In this document: positions 26,037-40,007 of the stretch, piece after piece
Numbering within the stretch: position 1 is the first letter of the stretch
How the letters are laid out: every line of letters starts with the position of its first letter
From: Basidiobolus meristosporus CBS 931.73
Lineage: Eukaryota > Fungi > Basidiobolomycota
Direction of reading: 5' to 3'
Length of the DNA: 64,000 bases
Assembly (NCBI GenBank): GCA_002104905.1
Contig: MCFE01000015.1
Coordinates: 186,001 to 250,000 of the forward strand
Translations under genes and position numbers: made by a program
The notes under the pieces: generated by a model
Told to the model about the DNA's origin: nothing
Database searches by the model: none
What the model saw: the letters and a program-made list of their open reading frames with translations, nothing else

Positions 26037-28351
26037 AAAAATGCTAGTAATATGATTTCAAGCGGCAAGTCGATGCAATTCACCAGTACAATAAGTGTAA
26101 CCCACTAGATAACTGTACAATTATAAATTAAAGCGAAAATAGGAGATATTCTTAATATTCAAACCAGAATTTGAAGTAAGAAGTGGAAATTTGGAAGAAA
26201 TAGCTAAAAAGGTATTCTTATAGCAAGGCAACTTGTAACACGAAACAGGTTTGAGACGTTGTCGACGGTGGCAATCGGGTTCAATAAAAAAGGGAGGATT
26301 AAATGTAGGATCGAGTGAAATGTAGTCAAAGAGCCAAGTCCGATACGAATCAAGGGTGAAACTGGCACAAGCAGGTTAGAAAATTTGGATTAGAGTGAAA
26401 AGGCAAGACTTTATAAGTGCACTAGGGCTTGAAATGTCAAGTCTTTGGAATTGGAAGGGTAGTACACAGGAAAGAGAGATGTTGCCAATCAGGTCAACTG
26501 AAGAACCAGCCATATATAGGCAGCAGATCGGAGTTTACATAGAACAGCGTCAAGTAGAATGATGAACCAATGGTGAAGAAAGAGTTGATCTGGATCTGGA
26601 TGTTGTGTGGATTAATCTTGCATTAAATCAATACTATAGAGCCTATCCCCGCCCCATTAATGCTCTGGTGATGAATCATCCATCCACATTGATCATGTTC
26701 CCAGCCGCAAGATGGATTTCTAAAAGCATCGGCATGTTTCAGAATGAATGGACTGGAGGCCAATAAGGCTAGGGAAAAGGTTTCATCGAACGAGTAGTGG
26801 CTTCTTACCCATGATATATGGTAATGACCATCACCTGAGGAGGATTTATTATCGCAATCCATTTTATACACCGGATGTTTAGCATGATGCATACTAGATT
26901 ATGTCGCATAGATGGCCATATCAAGAAGGTCTGATCTGTGCAGAAAGCCTTAAGGCATCAGCATGGCCCAAGTTATCAGTAATATGTACTTGAGATGAAT
27001 CAAAGTTGGAGGTGAATGAATGTGATGTTTGAGTTCCTGCTGGCTGATTTGGTGGTAGATTTGGATGAATCGCACATTCAGCATTACCAGTTACCTATTA
27101 TGGTTGCCCATGGGCTGTACTCAGATCATATCTCAGTAAATCTGTACAGTTGCAAAGCAGTCAAGCTCATCAAACTGCCGATTGCAAGCCGGAAAAGGCC
27201 TCGACCTGTGGTTGGAATTGCCGGCTAATATTCGGATTTAACTGACCTTGAATAGTAGAGCCTTCATGTAATCCCGAGACATGCTCAAGTAATTTAACAC
27301 ATAGCTTCACGAAACCTTCCCCGCTTTGGGGATCTTTACTACACTGCGATTTCTTTTTATATCTACCTGAGGCCCCTGCTCCACTTCGAATCGCACGAGA
27401 CATCTTGGACATTCAAGGAGGTGCCGTATAGCCGTATTCGTTATAATAGAAGTTAATTGGGTTAGCGTCAATACGTGGACCCGGAATATCTAGTAGATGA
27501 CTAATATGTTAATCCGTACATATCCCACACATATAAACCTGATGCGGGTTACAAGAGGTTTAAGTTGGAGCAAAGTAAGGGTCGATCATTGGGAAGAGTC
27601 ATAAGCAAGCAACATCCATTTCTGTTGCATTGTATGAGCTAATCTGCTCGATCACCTCCATGAAGCTAATAATAATAAGCATTCGTGCCGATTTCAACAC
27701 ACCCTTGGATTAGTAATTTGGTTTCAGAGGCATGCATATTCTGTAAGAGTGAGTACCAATGGGAATTTAAGAGCTGTAGACCGTATATATTAATAGTTCT
27801 CCTACTGTTTTGTTTGGTTATGGATTAACAATCCATTGAAATCTCAAGCAACACCAAGCGATATCAACTATTTCCTATTTCTGCCCGAGATATCTCGTAT
27901 ATGAGACTGGGACGCCTTGACTTTCAGGCTTTAGCGCGATCAAGTTTCAATGGAGTAGCTACATTCTATGATATTCTGAGTAGAATTTCTTACCAAAAGT
28001 GTTCAGCTTGATGACTCCGCTGATAACCTATACAAGTTCATCACTTGCGCCAAGAGATTCCCTTACTGTGATACAATTCAGGATAATCAGTGTTGCAATG
28101 ACTTTATTCAGCACAATTGCACTAACGGATGGAATGGTGAGAATCAAGTACCTGAATGAAGTATTGGGTGAATATTTCACTTCTGTTCGGTTTAAACTTT
28201 CTAGTTCCATTGACGGAAGAATTCCAGTAATTTTATTTTATTAATATACCGAAAGGATATTATACAAACAAGAGTACCATAAAAACTGGAATGCACAGGT
28301 AAAGTTCACCCAAAATTACACACTATTGGTGAATTGGGAATGTTGATAATA

Positions 28352-31129
28352 AGATACTTGGTCCGGTTGGCGTATTCACTTTCACTACCACTACCACAAG
28401 CTCAGTCGCCTTTCTCTAAACCACCATATCACATCATATCACATCCCCTCCCTCCTTCCTCTGCTCCTACTCTCATGGATCCTCCAGTCTCTTCATCATA
28501 GTCTAAAATACCCGTACATGCATCGGTCATAGGAATTAGGAACTCTTGAAACCTCTTCACAAAAGAAAAATAGACAGTGTAGAACTACAAAGATTCGGTC
28601 AGTCTTGATGTCTCCGTATCGTACAGACTCTTAAAACGGCCTCATTGCCAGGTTGTCGTATGTGTGTGCATGAGTAAATGTGTGCGTGCGTGCGTATGTG
28701 TGTGGGTGTGGGTGTTATATATATATATGTATGGGTGTGGACGTGCGAGTGTAGACGTGTATGGGTGGCTGAGCGTTCGTTTACTTGTTCGTGTGTGAGG
28801 GTGGTTGACTGATATGAGTACAATACAGTTTGATGGTTTCTTGTGATCATTCCCTACTGAGTCTGGCTCTGTTCTACTCCGCTCCTTGTCTGCCTTCTCT
28901 TCTTCCTCTTCCTCTTCCTCCTGCTCCTTACTCGCTTGACAGACTCACTCCCTCCTAGTCCACCCGTGAGAAGTGAGATTGGCAGTGCACCAGCTCCAGT
29001 AGAGAAATCACTCAATCTCTCCATCAACCAGAAAATTTGCTTGTAAATCTATCTACATGAAATCACCAAAAACTGTCACGCCAAGGCCATCACTACATCG
29101 AATACACAAATAGTCAGTCAGTCAGTCAGTCAGTTAGTAATCAGCTCGTCATTGCTCCCTCCCTCCCCCACTCACTTGTTCATTCGTCCATTCATTCAAT
29201 CAATCTGTACTTACCACTCTTCCCGTGCTCCGGGCCTTCCCTTCCTCACCACACTTTAGTGCTGTTGGTACTCTCCCGGCTGCCCAGATCCCATCATGAA
29301 CGACTCTTGGCTTGGAAAGTTGTTGTCCATGCTTGCACTCGACATCATGGACATCCCTCCAACCGCGTTTGGTGGGAGACTCGAGCCACTCATGTCTCCT
29401 TGCTGAAACCCGCCTGCTGTCCCACGCTGCCCAAACATCGACTCTTGCCCAAAATTAGAGTAGCTCATCTCCTGTGCCTACAAAAATAAAATCCATTCAT
29501 ACCAGTGGTTAGTTTTTTCCATTCTCTCTCTCTCCCTCTCTCTCTCATCTCTCTATCCAGCCCACTTTACCTGATTGATTGTAGCCATCGGTGCAAACCG
29601 TTGTCCTCGACCACCGCGTGCGTACTCCTCTCCACTCTCATATGGATGGGCAGAGTTGCCCTCCCCATACCCGAGCCCCATGTTGCCGCCGCTCTCCGTC
29701 ATCCCATAGCTTCCCCCGAGGATCCCTGCTTTCGAATCTCGGCCAAACGGTGACTGTCCTTGTGCTTCAGGATTCAGTCCGCTGTTCAGTAGAAGCTGTG
29801 TCCCTGAGTATTGATCATTCCCCGATGAATACAGGTCTCCGGGGAATCCATGTGACTGTTGCTGCTGCTGCTGTTGTTGTTGCTGTTGTTGCTGCTGTTG
29901 CTGCTGTCGTAGATTGATATCCGCCAAGGAATGTCTTCGTGGCTGATTGTATGGCATTGTGTATGGGTCTGCCAGCGAGTGTCTACGTAGGTACAGGTGT
30001 CTGCGCTGTGGTGCTGGGTGATGCGAGCCAGGCGGGGGTGCTACAAAATCAAAAATACCCTTGGTTACTATTCTGTTCGCTTACTCCTTCTCACCCCTAC
30101 TCTACTCCCTGCTTCTGCCTCTGTTTCTGCTAGGTGCCATTGGTCATGTACTGCATGGCAATGTCACCCCTCGTCCTCATCATCCCACCGACCACGAATC
30201 GTGTGCTGAAAATACTTACTGTTGTATCCTGTCTGCATTGCCATCGGACCGCTCGTGTGAGGGCTGGCTTGGCCGGGATCTCCCATGCCTGCCGCACTCT
30301 GTCCAAAGTTCATTCCTCCTTGGCTGCTTGCCGATGCTAGTGTCTGGTTCGCCATCGACCCCAGGTCTTGCGAGTAGAATCGTGGTCGACTGAACTGCGC
30401 GTTGTACCCTACATGTCGTGTCAATTGGTTTGTCTCTCGTTAGTCACCGCTCTCAAACCACCCCTCCCCCGCCCCACTCTACTCTACTCTACTCTACTCC
30501 ACTCTCTACGCTACTCTATCCCCCACCCGTCATTGTCACTCTGTATACTGACCTTGCTGATTGTACTGCGAGTTGGGTGGATATGCTCCATTGAACGCAT
30601 CCATGTTCACACTGACCGTGCTGCTATAGCTGGCTGTCTGCTCAAAAATAAGTCATCATTGTTAGCAAGTCCACTCTCTTTGTTTGTCATGGCTGTCTCT
30701 ATCACCATCACCATCACCATCACCGTCACCATCACTCTCGCCACACATCTCTCTCATAGGTCTACTCACATATTTTCCAATGATCTTCTTCAGTGCATAT
30801 GGAAGCACCTTCCAGGGGAACACCTTCACGTCTTTCTCAATGTTTCTGGGCTTCGGGTTGGGGAATGACATGATCAGCTTGAAAAACTCGGCCGATTCCG
30901 GCTTGCACTTGGATACTGTCAATGGTCGGAATCCCTCCAGGTTTCTGCGGATCCGGTTCTTCTCTTCCACCGTGAATCGAACCGCAATCAACGACTCGAG
31001 CAAGTAGATACAGTCAACGCTGGTGATGAAATAGTCGTTTTTCTCCTCCCAGTATATGCAGGATACCACGATACTGTTCGGGCCTCGCTCCGCGGGTGCC
31101 ACGGGTTGAAAACCGCAGTGAATAACGTT
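28352..31129. repeat. Near-identical duplicated tract, copy 2 (partner 22869-25633)
   Basis: Offset 5483-5496 bp from copy 1. Confidence 0.95.
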
Positions 31130-31563
31130 ATTTTTATGTTGACGCCAAAACTGTACAAGTCGTCGCTTTGTATCTCTTTCTTCAGGAGTCCTGTAACAAA
31201 GGTGTTAGGCAATTCCCTAATAGGTCTAGTCAACATAACATACCAGTTGAGCACCATTTCATCTATATTTCCGGCCAAATTTAAAGAGGCCTTATTGAGG
31301 AGAGATGCGTAGGCGTTGTAAGGCACCATCGGTATTGCCCCAACTGGACCTGATGGCTGGATTTCATAGTTTTCAGTACTAGAATTAGGAAAATAGTACT
31401 CCGAGACCTGGGCTTGAGGTTGGGATTGTGGTTGCAAATGCTGTTGACTATCGCCTAGATTCTGCTCATTGCCTTGACTCTTGGACTCGGCCTCGTTTAT
31501 AGGAAACGGAGAAGTTACATAAAAGGGGTGCATTTGAGATTGTGAAGAATGAGGAGAGATCAT
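29256..31563 (-). CDS. Medusa (MedA-like) regulator, copy 2, with a diverged N-terminal exon
   Basis: ATG at 31563 (MISPHSSQSQMHPFY...YNAYASLLNKASLNLAGNIDEMVLNW|TPEERDTKRRLVQFW). The downstream part is nearly identical to copy 1. Confidence 0.88.
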
Positions 31564-32824
31564 ATAAGGTACTCCTTTAAGAGGCAACAGTGTGTCAGGA
31601 AAGCTTGTTAGTACCAGAGAGTTTCAATGAATGTTACAAGATGAATGACTATATTAGTATGAAGAGATGAAACGGCTAAAAAGAGGAAATGGCAATAGCT
31701 TATATACAGATCTTATAGATTTATGTATTCTAGGATCTCAGGAATTCGGTGGGATGATCCGATACGCAAGGAGTGGATGCAACTATAAGGATGATTGATT
31801 TTGTACTATGAAACAAAGAAAAACCATCAACCAATTTACGAGAAGAACAGAAAATGGGTACGTAATACGGCAGTTGTTGAAATCAGAGAAGAGAGTCGGT
31901 CTGAAGAGCGGAAAGGGTTACACCCAACGTTCCTTTATAGGGAAACATGAGCAATGACTAATAATCACCGTCAACGATAATATGGCCAATTATCATCATG
32001 AATAATATGGGAAATTGTCTGAGCACATTCGAAGGGCAGCCCACCATTTATCGGGGAATACTCTGCAGAATTTCTATTCTCTGCCCATTCATCAAGATCC
32101 CAAATCTCTACATCGCTCTCGGTTCTTATCTAATTTGTCCGTTGGAGTTCAGAGAACGAGCGTTTCAGAAAAGGCACAGTGGACGCAACCCCGACCAAAA
32201 ATAGCTAAATTGGAATGTGGGGAAATGTTGGAAGCTCGCGAGTGATTCGCTCGAAACTCTCTGATTTCTTATCGCATGTTGGCTGCACCATGTACGAGGC
32301 ATGGGATTTATGTGGCTTTTGCTGATTTATCACCGCAATCGCCACGGCTCTGTGACTGTCCGAATGGGAATGAGACTGTTTCCCAAATCAATGATTGCAT
32401 CGACCAAAGAAATCATGTGTTTATGGCATTTATAGAACTGGTATTGTCAAGACACATAATCAAGAGAGTTCAGTGCCATTGTTGTTTGATGACTCAGTTC
32501 ATCACCAATTGCTGTGCTGATAGAAAACCCTGGGTTAGGTAAGCTGGGTATCTTGCTTTTATCGTGCTTCTATTCCACCATGAGCTGAGCCGATTTATGC
32601 ACATACCACTTTCATGGTACTTCAATATTAATAACCCCGTGCTAGCAGTTGAAGGGGTGTGTCCAACCCCTTTACTTTATATATCTTCTTTCAAACATGG
32701 TTATTGGCGTTTTTGCGTTAGAGTATCGAGTTGCGCTAGAGTATCTATCCCCCTTTGCCTATCTTTACTTCCCTCTTGACAGAGCATAAAGCCATAGACA
32801 CACAACTGTCCCAAGTTTTCGTTA

Positions 32825-35375
32825 ATGGGCTACTTTGCGAAACTCAAGAGTCGCATATTACCGCCAAAGCGGCCGCATAGATATGAGAGGCTTGTTCACT
32901 TTGAGAGGAATTGGGTTTTCTGTAGGGTATGTTGGCCCCTGGTCAAGGACGTGTTTAGAAATAGGTAGACTAAGGCTTGTAGTTTAATAGGAGCGAATAT
33001 TAGAGGAGCCTGCCCCTGGTGAAACCCCAGCACTTGATGCTAAGCTAACCGACTCACTGAAATTGCTCATCAATCTGCTGGTTCAAGAACAAATTCGCCA
33101 GGAAGATGGAATCAATGGGGAATGTATGGAGCATCTTCTCCACAATGACATACTAGACTGGTTGGTGAACCTATCGGAGCCAGATATGCCTTTCGGCCTT
33201 CGTGGGGAAGTAATTCGAACCATTTCGAGTATGATCAGCACATTGGACGAGCGCTTTCTAACTCACAACAAGGTTCATGGGCCAACGATCAAACTACTAG
33301 ACTACTGTATGGCAGATCAGAACCAATTGGAGCTGTACCATGAGGATATGGTAGATTTGATGTTTAGCATATGCTCGAAAATCCGACGATGCCCAGAGCT
33401 TCTGAACATCTTCTTTTTCGAGAGTGTCTGGGGCATCGAGAATGTCGGACAGAGCGTTCATCGCTCTGGGAAATCGAAGCATGAGTTCCCCATTTTCGGC
33501 TACTTGCTGCGATTTGTGCATAAGGAGGGAAAGACTGGAGATATTGCGAGAACTGCAATGCTATTTCTTGTTGAAATCACATCGGGTGAACTGCGTGATT
33601 ATGTTCATGCGGAGAGCGACTTGTGCGCCGTGGTTGCCGCTGGTTTAGGAGCGTTCTACTCGCTTCTGCCTCGCAAGCTGGTGGTGAAGCTCCAACTTGA
33701 AGAGAGTGAAAAAGCTGTGTCCCATTGTACTGAGGTTTTGGAAATTGAAGAAGCCCCAGATGTGGAGAGCACAGCTTCCCCAGAATTCCAAGACCACCTC
33801 TGCTCGTTTGTCAAGTACCTTGAGTTTACACAGGAGCTACTTGAGAGATGCCCTAGCGTAAGGGTTCGTAACTCCCTGCTGGAGAATATACGGCGGATCT
33901 TCTTCGAGAATATCTTGTATCCATCACTGTCCGAGTGCTCCGAAATGGACGGCTCCGCTGTGGCAGTAATTACCTATGTGAATGTGTTGATCCAGACGGT
34001 CTACCAAAGAGAACTTGGTTCGATACTCGTACAGTACTTAATTAACATGAAACCAAAGCCTACCGAGACCCACCGAGACTTCTGCAAGATTTCACCCAAA
34101 CCAGATGCCCTGAACACGGTCGAGAGGGCTGATGTCATCAGCATCGACTCAGGAACAGGTCTTCTGACATCCATTGAGCATAAATCTCCCTCACCCTACA
34201 ACATCAAGGAGGTTGTAATTAACAACCTAAAGTCTGACTCCCAGCATATTGTTATCACAACGTTGAATCTTTTGCATACGATTCTAGAGCATCACTGCCA
34301 TCACTCGTTCGAGTTGTTTGAAGTGGAACTGGTCTCCGATCTGGAGAGTCATGATGTTTCCATCGATGCCACCAACCCAAAAGGGCCAAACCATGAACTC
34401 AAAGCTGTAGATCACTTGCGAGTGATGGATCTTTATTTTTCCCTGATCTCCAGAATCGACTCTGCCCACGACAAAGAGGGGTTTGTTCAAGTGTATAACA
34501 GCTACCTGTTTGATGTTCAAAACCAGCTTGAGGTGCACCAGGAATATCACCAAGAGTGTGCTTTTCATAAGTTCCAGGGAAAGAAAAGAAGGGAGGATAG
34601 CGAGAGCAAAGGATATCCGCTTTTGATTTCGGAGAAGCAACCCAACTTGTATTTCTCGAGACATCGCCTGGTCAGTACGGATCCTATTTTGCGCATTTTG
34701 CTATCTTCGTTATCTCAGTTTTTCGCCCACTCCTGCGAATATAATTTGGCACTGACCAGAGTACTGGCGACCCTTGCGACTTGTCCATATCGCTGCATAA
34801 GCGGGTGGCTATCGTTCGAGGAACACAACAAATTTTCTGTGGAACCAAGCACCTCGTCGGTCAACTCCATTCATGCGGTGCTGTCCGCTGAAAATAGCAG
34901 TGTAGAAGGCTTGAATGCATTGCGGCGAAACGATCCCGACATAATCTCAGTGTTCCAGATACTGACCGAGCATGTCTCCTACTACCGCTCCAAAGTCCCC
35001 AACTTGGACCAAATGCTTCATGAGCGTAGGGACCACTTTCTTAGCCCCAACAGGGAGAATGAGGAACAGTCAATCCAGTCCGATCTAACAGTATTCAACC
35101 GACCTCCAGAGAACGAGGATGAGTTCTATGAGTCTGATCTTCTCTCGCCAACAAGTGCTGATGCAGTGCCGATCACCGGCTCGTTTTTACGACACGTCGA
35201 CACCTACAATTCCACCACTCGTGGTACACAGAATAACGAAATACCTCCAATCCAGGTTGACAATATTTCCTCACTGGTGGATAATATCATCATCTTGGGC
35301 GAAACCATGAAAGAGCTGACATGCATAATTGAAGTACGCAAAAGCCTCGGCGCTGATTATGTGAACTATATGTAA
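32825..35375 (+). CDS. FTS- and Hook-interacting protein (FHIP/FAM160/RAI16 family)
   Basis: MGYFAKLKSRILPP...|ERILEE...LLVQEQ...GECMEHLLHNDILDWLV...HEFPIFGYLLRFVHKEGKTGDIARTAMLFL...FFENILYPSL...NLALTRVLATLA...NIIILGETMKEL. One 5' intron. Confidence 0.88.
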
Positions 35376-36590
35376 ATTTTTAAGTTGTATTTAATTGTTC
35401 ACGAACCACTGCTCCAGTTGCTCATCAGATGTATAACCTAGCAAGATTGATTTCAATATTTTTGTGTTGAATAGATATAATGATATTCGATTGCCTGGAC
35501 ATTGTGCCAGTGGTCTCTAGAGTTAAAGTATCCCCAGATATCCTGCAATATCTGACATAGCATTGTATGCTTGTTGACTCGGTGTGATGTCACTGTCGCT
35601 ACGATTTCAAAGTAATCTTGATCTTGATGGTTACATTTGGGTTCTTCTGGACGACTTGGAATATCTTCACCATAACGGCAGGTACCCGGAACATGAAAAT
35701 TTTCAAACTACATTCCAACAAAAAATTTGAGCAGGAAATAATAAAGCTCACAAAGTATTAAAAAGTTGAAACCTCCCCATCCCAATATTTGGAATGGCCG
35801 GGAACAAAGTTAAGGATTAGTTGCAAAAATACCACAATATCTGATAGTATCCTGCTACACAACCATTCTATGCTTTCAGTGAGGAGCTAACCGCAAAGAT
35901 TCTGGTGTACTTTAATCTTCTGGTGGTTTTCAGTAAAGTCAAAATTAATCCCAATAGGTTGCTCCCTGATACACAAATGAGTACAGCCACTAATATAATA
36001 GACTACATTGCCAGAACTACGCCGGTTTTGAATCGGTAGAATAGAATACTTTCGGAGCCAGTCTGCTTGAGTGCTTGCTATTTGGTCTCTGCAATAAAAC
36101 TCTGATGTGTTGCCCCAATATTCGATGAAATGTTTGTTTGGACTTTAGAAAAGCGGATTTGAACCAGCCAGCCAACTCGGAAATATTAAAACATGGGTAC
36201 TAACTATGCTGTTAGCTTGAACTGACGCCGACGCAGGTTCAACTGAATCCCTAAACTAGTCAAGTGACCCCATTGTCAAACAAGACTCGAGCCACTCCCT
36301 AACCTCAACCTCTGCGTGGAAAATCTGCATGCAATAAGCATAAAATCACACTCGTGAAAGATATTTCCCCATTTAGAAGAGGAGAACTCCTGGCAAGTAA
36401 TCTATATATTGTCGATTAATCGAAATCGGGTAGAAATCTCTGGGTAAAAACGAGAGGGTAACCTCCACTAGGGAAAAGGCCGGTATTACAGTTGAGCAAC
36501 GGTGTTTACTGAGTGTATACTACAAATTTATGGAGTGCATGTATGGAACTCCTGCAGATCATAATTGGACCTCAGTCGAGGCATTGCATA

Positions 36591-37040
36591 ATCAGATATT
36601 CCATGGGCTAGATGGTTAGATGTTACACTGACGGCATTGTGGAATTGACTACCTATCATAGTCCGACACCATTCGCCAAGTGAAATATCTGATGGTCTCC
36701 AGCTCATTTTCTAAACATTTTTATCAGATGGGCCGAGTGTGACCAAATGGAGACCAGATGCTATTGCTCCATTTAGCTGTGATAACCCAGTGAGGTTACA
36801 TGCCCCACTCTTCAAATGACTCACCAGTTCCTCAGATCAGTAGCATTATCAGATGGAAGAGAGCAGTGTAGCCCATACATTCACCGTAAATGTTGTGGGG
36901 GACTACGGTTGAGAGCAATGGTGAATTCATGACAGGGGTTGTTTATCAGATTCTCCTCGAGACCAGTGTAGGGCCAAATGCATATATAGTCCTAGACCGA
37001 AGCTTTATCTTTCCATCAAATATTGTTCAAACATCTGATA
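36591..37040. promoter_or_regulatory. Cluster of ATCWGATAA iron-GATA-type sites upstream of zinc-finger gene 1
   Basis: Perfect TTATCAGAT at 36721, 36846 and 36943; ATCWGATAT variants at 36591 and 36685; ATCTGATAG at 37033. Confidence 0.75.
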
Positions 37041-37072
37041 GACCTTTTCCAGACAACCGTTTTACATACACC

Positions 37073-37837
37073 ATGTCCTCTACTGTAGAAGTACAAAGTT
37101 CTCATTCTCTTACACCAGCAAATTGTACCGATATGAATGAGCTCTTGGCTGTCCTAGACCAAGCAAAGATCCCGCGTCCATACAAATGTCCTCTGTGTGA
37201 GAAAGCATTCTATAGAATTGAGCACCGTACCAGACACATCCGCATCCATACCGGTGAAAAGCCATACAAGTGCGAAAGCCCTGGTTGCAAGAAATCTTTC
37301 TCCAGATCCGATGAGCTTGTGAGACACCAGAAAACCCACGTGAACCCTAAGAAGAGGGGGCGTAAAAGCAAGAAGCAACTGGCTTTAGAGGCCGAGCTGG
37401 CCTCCAAACAAAACGAGAAACGCAAGGCTGAATGTACTGATGACGATCACAGTGATATCGAGGCACCCAAAAAGAAGTACTGCCCCTCGACGAGTGAAAG
37501 CCAAGAGACACCTTCTTCTCCCGCACTTTCTTCTACCTCGTCTACCTCTGAAAGTGATGATGAATCAGTCACTACTCCAGAAATGAAGCCAGACCATGGA
37601 CCTTCCCTGGAACTTTTATGTGAGATCTCTACAAGCTTGGCATCCGGAAATGAAATCTCCCTGGAGCAGCCATTGATTGAGGAGGGTTCAGAAACTAATC
37701 AACTCCCTAGTTTTTCCCAGCTGATATCAAAAATTCCCAACAGCCGTATTCTTCCACCGCCAATGATGTCAAACGTATATTGGACACGCTCACAACCAGT
37801 CTCTACCAGTTTCTCCATTTTCCCGGGGTTATTCTAA
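37073..37837 (+). CDS. CreA/Mig1-type two-finger C2H2 repressor, paralog 1 (intronless)
   Basis: [55 protein letters not shown]. Likely ATG at 37073 (ACCATGT). Confidence 0.9.
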   Translation: MSSTVEVQSSHSLTPANCTDMNELLAVLDQAKIPRPYKCPLCEKAFYRIEHRTRHIRIHTGEKPYKCESPGCKKSFSRSDELVRHQKTHVNPKKRGRKSKKQLALEAELASKQNEKRKAECTDDDHSDIEAPKKKYCPSTSESQETPSSPALSSTSSTSESDDESVTTPEMKPDHGPSLELLCEISTSLASGNEISLEQPLIEEGSETNQLPSFSQLISKIPNSRILPPPMMSNVYWTRSQPVSTSFSIFPGLF

Positions 37838-38157
37838 AATTTGTCATCTTTTTATAAGTATATCCATTTAGGATAATGTAGTTTTGCTGTTGTATATATT
37901 GGACCCCTCCCCTCCTCTTGATCTGCTGTATAGATTTCCTTCATTGACTGATTAAAATTCGATCTCAATCAAACCCAAGTTACATACAGATCTGTCTAAC
38001 TTATTGACAACTTGACTAACTCCATGATCAGACCAAGATGGCAATGTCAAGACTTTATCAAGGAGTACAACATCCACAAAACGAAAGCAGTTAACAGAAT
38101 CCGTACGGCAACCATAATACATATCAACAGTTAAACAGGTCTGGATTGCTTGCAAAG

Positions 38158-38625
38158 ATCTGATAACTTTGACCAAAATTCTGGAAGAATAGGACTTTCT
38201 TTGATAACCAATCGGATGTAATGTACCAGCCGATGTATGAAATACAAGTGACAATGTTGAGGAAAAAATCAGATAAGGAATGTACCAATGAGAAAACTCG
38301 GTAAAGCAAGTATGTTATACCACCTTAAACACGTGCATCAGATTATATTTCACTTGCTGCAGCTAATTCGGAATGCAACAAATATGACTGAGCAACGTTA
38401 GAGTGTCATCATTATTCATTTTGATTTGAAATTTATCAGATTTGGTTTCACATGTTGAACTATACCATTATCAGATTTTTTCGTTCTAGTCAATCCGTAG
38501 TCATTACCCCATTTGGTATGTGCTCGGAACTTGACAAACTCATTCCCACAATATTGATAATTGAGTGGGGCGAGTCAAACTTATCCCCAGCAATTAAATT
38601 AACGAATGGTAGGTATTTATCAGAT
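38158..38625. promoter_or_regulatory. Cluster of five perfect ATCWGATAA sites between convergent 3' ends
   Basis: Sites at 38158, 38268, 38433, 38468 and 38617. Confidence 0.7.
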
Positions 38626-38955
38626 GATCCTTATATATCAAATATAATGTCTAGAATCTTTTGAATATTTGTCCAGATTACGCGATCAAGTTTACATGGA
38701 ATGGTGACATTTGTCTAAAAAAAGACAACATATAATCAGGTCTTCTTTGGGTTCAAGGTACTTGCGGATGGCTATTAGCTGCAGGGACCAACGACTTTGA
38801 ACTAAGATTCCTGGTATTATTCTCAACTTGACAGTTGGGAAGATCTTTATTTTCAGTTGACTAAAACTATTAATGAACGTTTCCTGCTTGTTCATGTGTG
38901 CCAAATATTTTACAACAGCATATATACATACAAAACTAGAAGAATCTACTAGTGA

Positions 38956-39612
38956 TCAAAACCTAAACATCGTTGCTCGGGTAGGTATTTGGCTACTAGT
39001 GGGGATTGGTAACACCCGTTCAGCGGAAATCATTCTCATTAGTTCCCCAAAGCTTGGTAACTGAACTTCAGTCTTCCTCTCAGTCAAAGTAAACTCAGGA
39101 ACACCGCCAAGATGGGTGGGACTCTGACTCTTCAGAGGAGGTGTGGAAACTGATTCGTCCTCGCTCTCTGAAGTACACGAAGAGGCTGGGGAGAGTGAGG
39201 GGTTCTTCGACTCCTGGAAAACGCAGAGTTTCTTCATAGGTGGGCTATCCTCGGCCTTGATCGCGGTTGGGTTGTGGTTGACATTTGGTTGTGAAGTCTG
39301 GGTCTTTGATTTCAACTCAGCCTCTAAAGCGAGTTGCTTTTTACTTTTTCTTCCTCTCTTCTTGGGGTTAATATGAGTTTTCTGGTGTCTTATTAACTCG
39401 TCGGATCTTGAGAAGGACTTGGTGCAGCTGGCGAAATCGCACTTATACGGCTTTTCGCCCGTGTGAATTCGAATGTGTCTTGTTCTATGTTCGATACGGT
39501 AGAAGGCCTTGTTGCAAACGGGGCACTCGTACGGACGCGGGATGGTGGTGTTGTCTAAATTAGCCAATATATCTTTGATATCGGTTTCTCTGGTTTGTAG
39601 ATCACAGGTCAT
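38956..39612 (-). CDS. CreA/Mig1-type two-finger C2H2 repressor, paralog 2 (intronless)
   Basis: [55 protein letters not shown]...QLPSFGEL. Confidence 0.9.
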   Translation of the reverse strand: MTCDLQTRETDIKDILANLDNTTIPRPYECPVCNKAFYRIEHRTRHIRIHTGEKPYKCDFASCTKSFSRSDELIRHQKTHINPKKRGRKSKKQLALEAELKSKTQTSQPNVNHNPTAIKAEDSPPMKKLCVFQESKNPSLSPASSCTSESEDESVSTPPLKSQSPTHLGGVPEFTLTERKTEVQLPSFGELMRMISAERVLPIPTSSQIPTRATMFRF

Positions 39613-39917
39613 TTTACAAATAGTCGAACTGTGCAGAGCAGTATAGCTTATTGGAATTGATAACTTTTGTTAGTGCTTCATGAACGTTTTTCGTTGACTT
39701 ATATAATGTTCCAGCCAGTCTATGGTCTTTTTTCTGGAGTACTCGGGTCGAGGGCCCATCCAAAAGGGGAAACTCGACCGCTTTTGACGAATTGATTCCG
39801 GATTCCCTTAAAATATCAATGAAAATTTCAATCTCTCGCATTAATTGGACAGCTCCAATGATGGCACATAGGGCTTCAAGAAATACTAATATTCTGGCTT
39901 CAAGTAGTCGTATCAGA

Positions 39918-39929
39918 AATTATGCGGGG
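39918..39929 (+). promoter_or_regulatory. Canonical Mig1/CreA site (AT-box plus GCGGGG)
   Basis: AATTATGCGGGG fits WWWWWNSYGGGG and lies in the divergent promoter of paralogs 2 and 3. Confidence 0.45.
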
Positions 39930-40007
39930 AATCTGGCATTTGGTTTGCCACTACGGAATCCGCAATTGGAAATCTAGCTCCGTTCATACCAAAAGAACAT
40001 TCTACGG

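Noticed and set aside
26623-27412. Short ORFs between the MedA copies
   Set aside because: No recognisable domain or splice structure. Treated as upstream DNA of copy 1.
28028-28210. Remnant of a duplicated M16 peptidase 5' end (YSPNTSFRYLILTIP versus YKPSSSGFRIININVP)
   Set aside because: Similarity is too short, HxxEH is absent and the position is ~120 bp off the duplication offset. A tblastn of the M16 N-terminus against this region would settle it.
36890-37072. N-terminal extension of zinc-finger paralog 1 in the ORF track
   Set aside because: It runs through the GATA-site promoter and has no counterpart in the other paralogs. ATG 37073 gives a comparable N-terminus.
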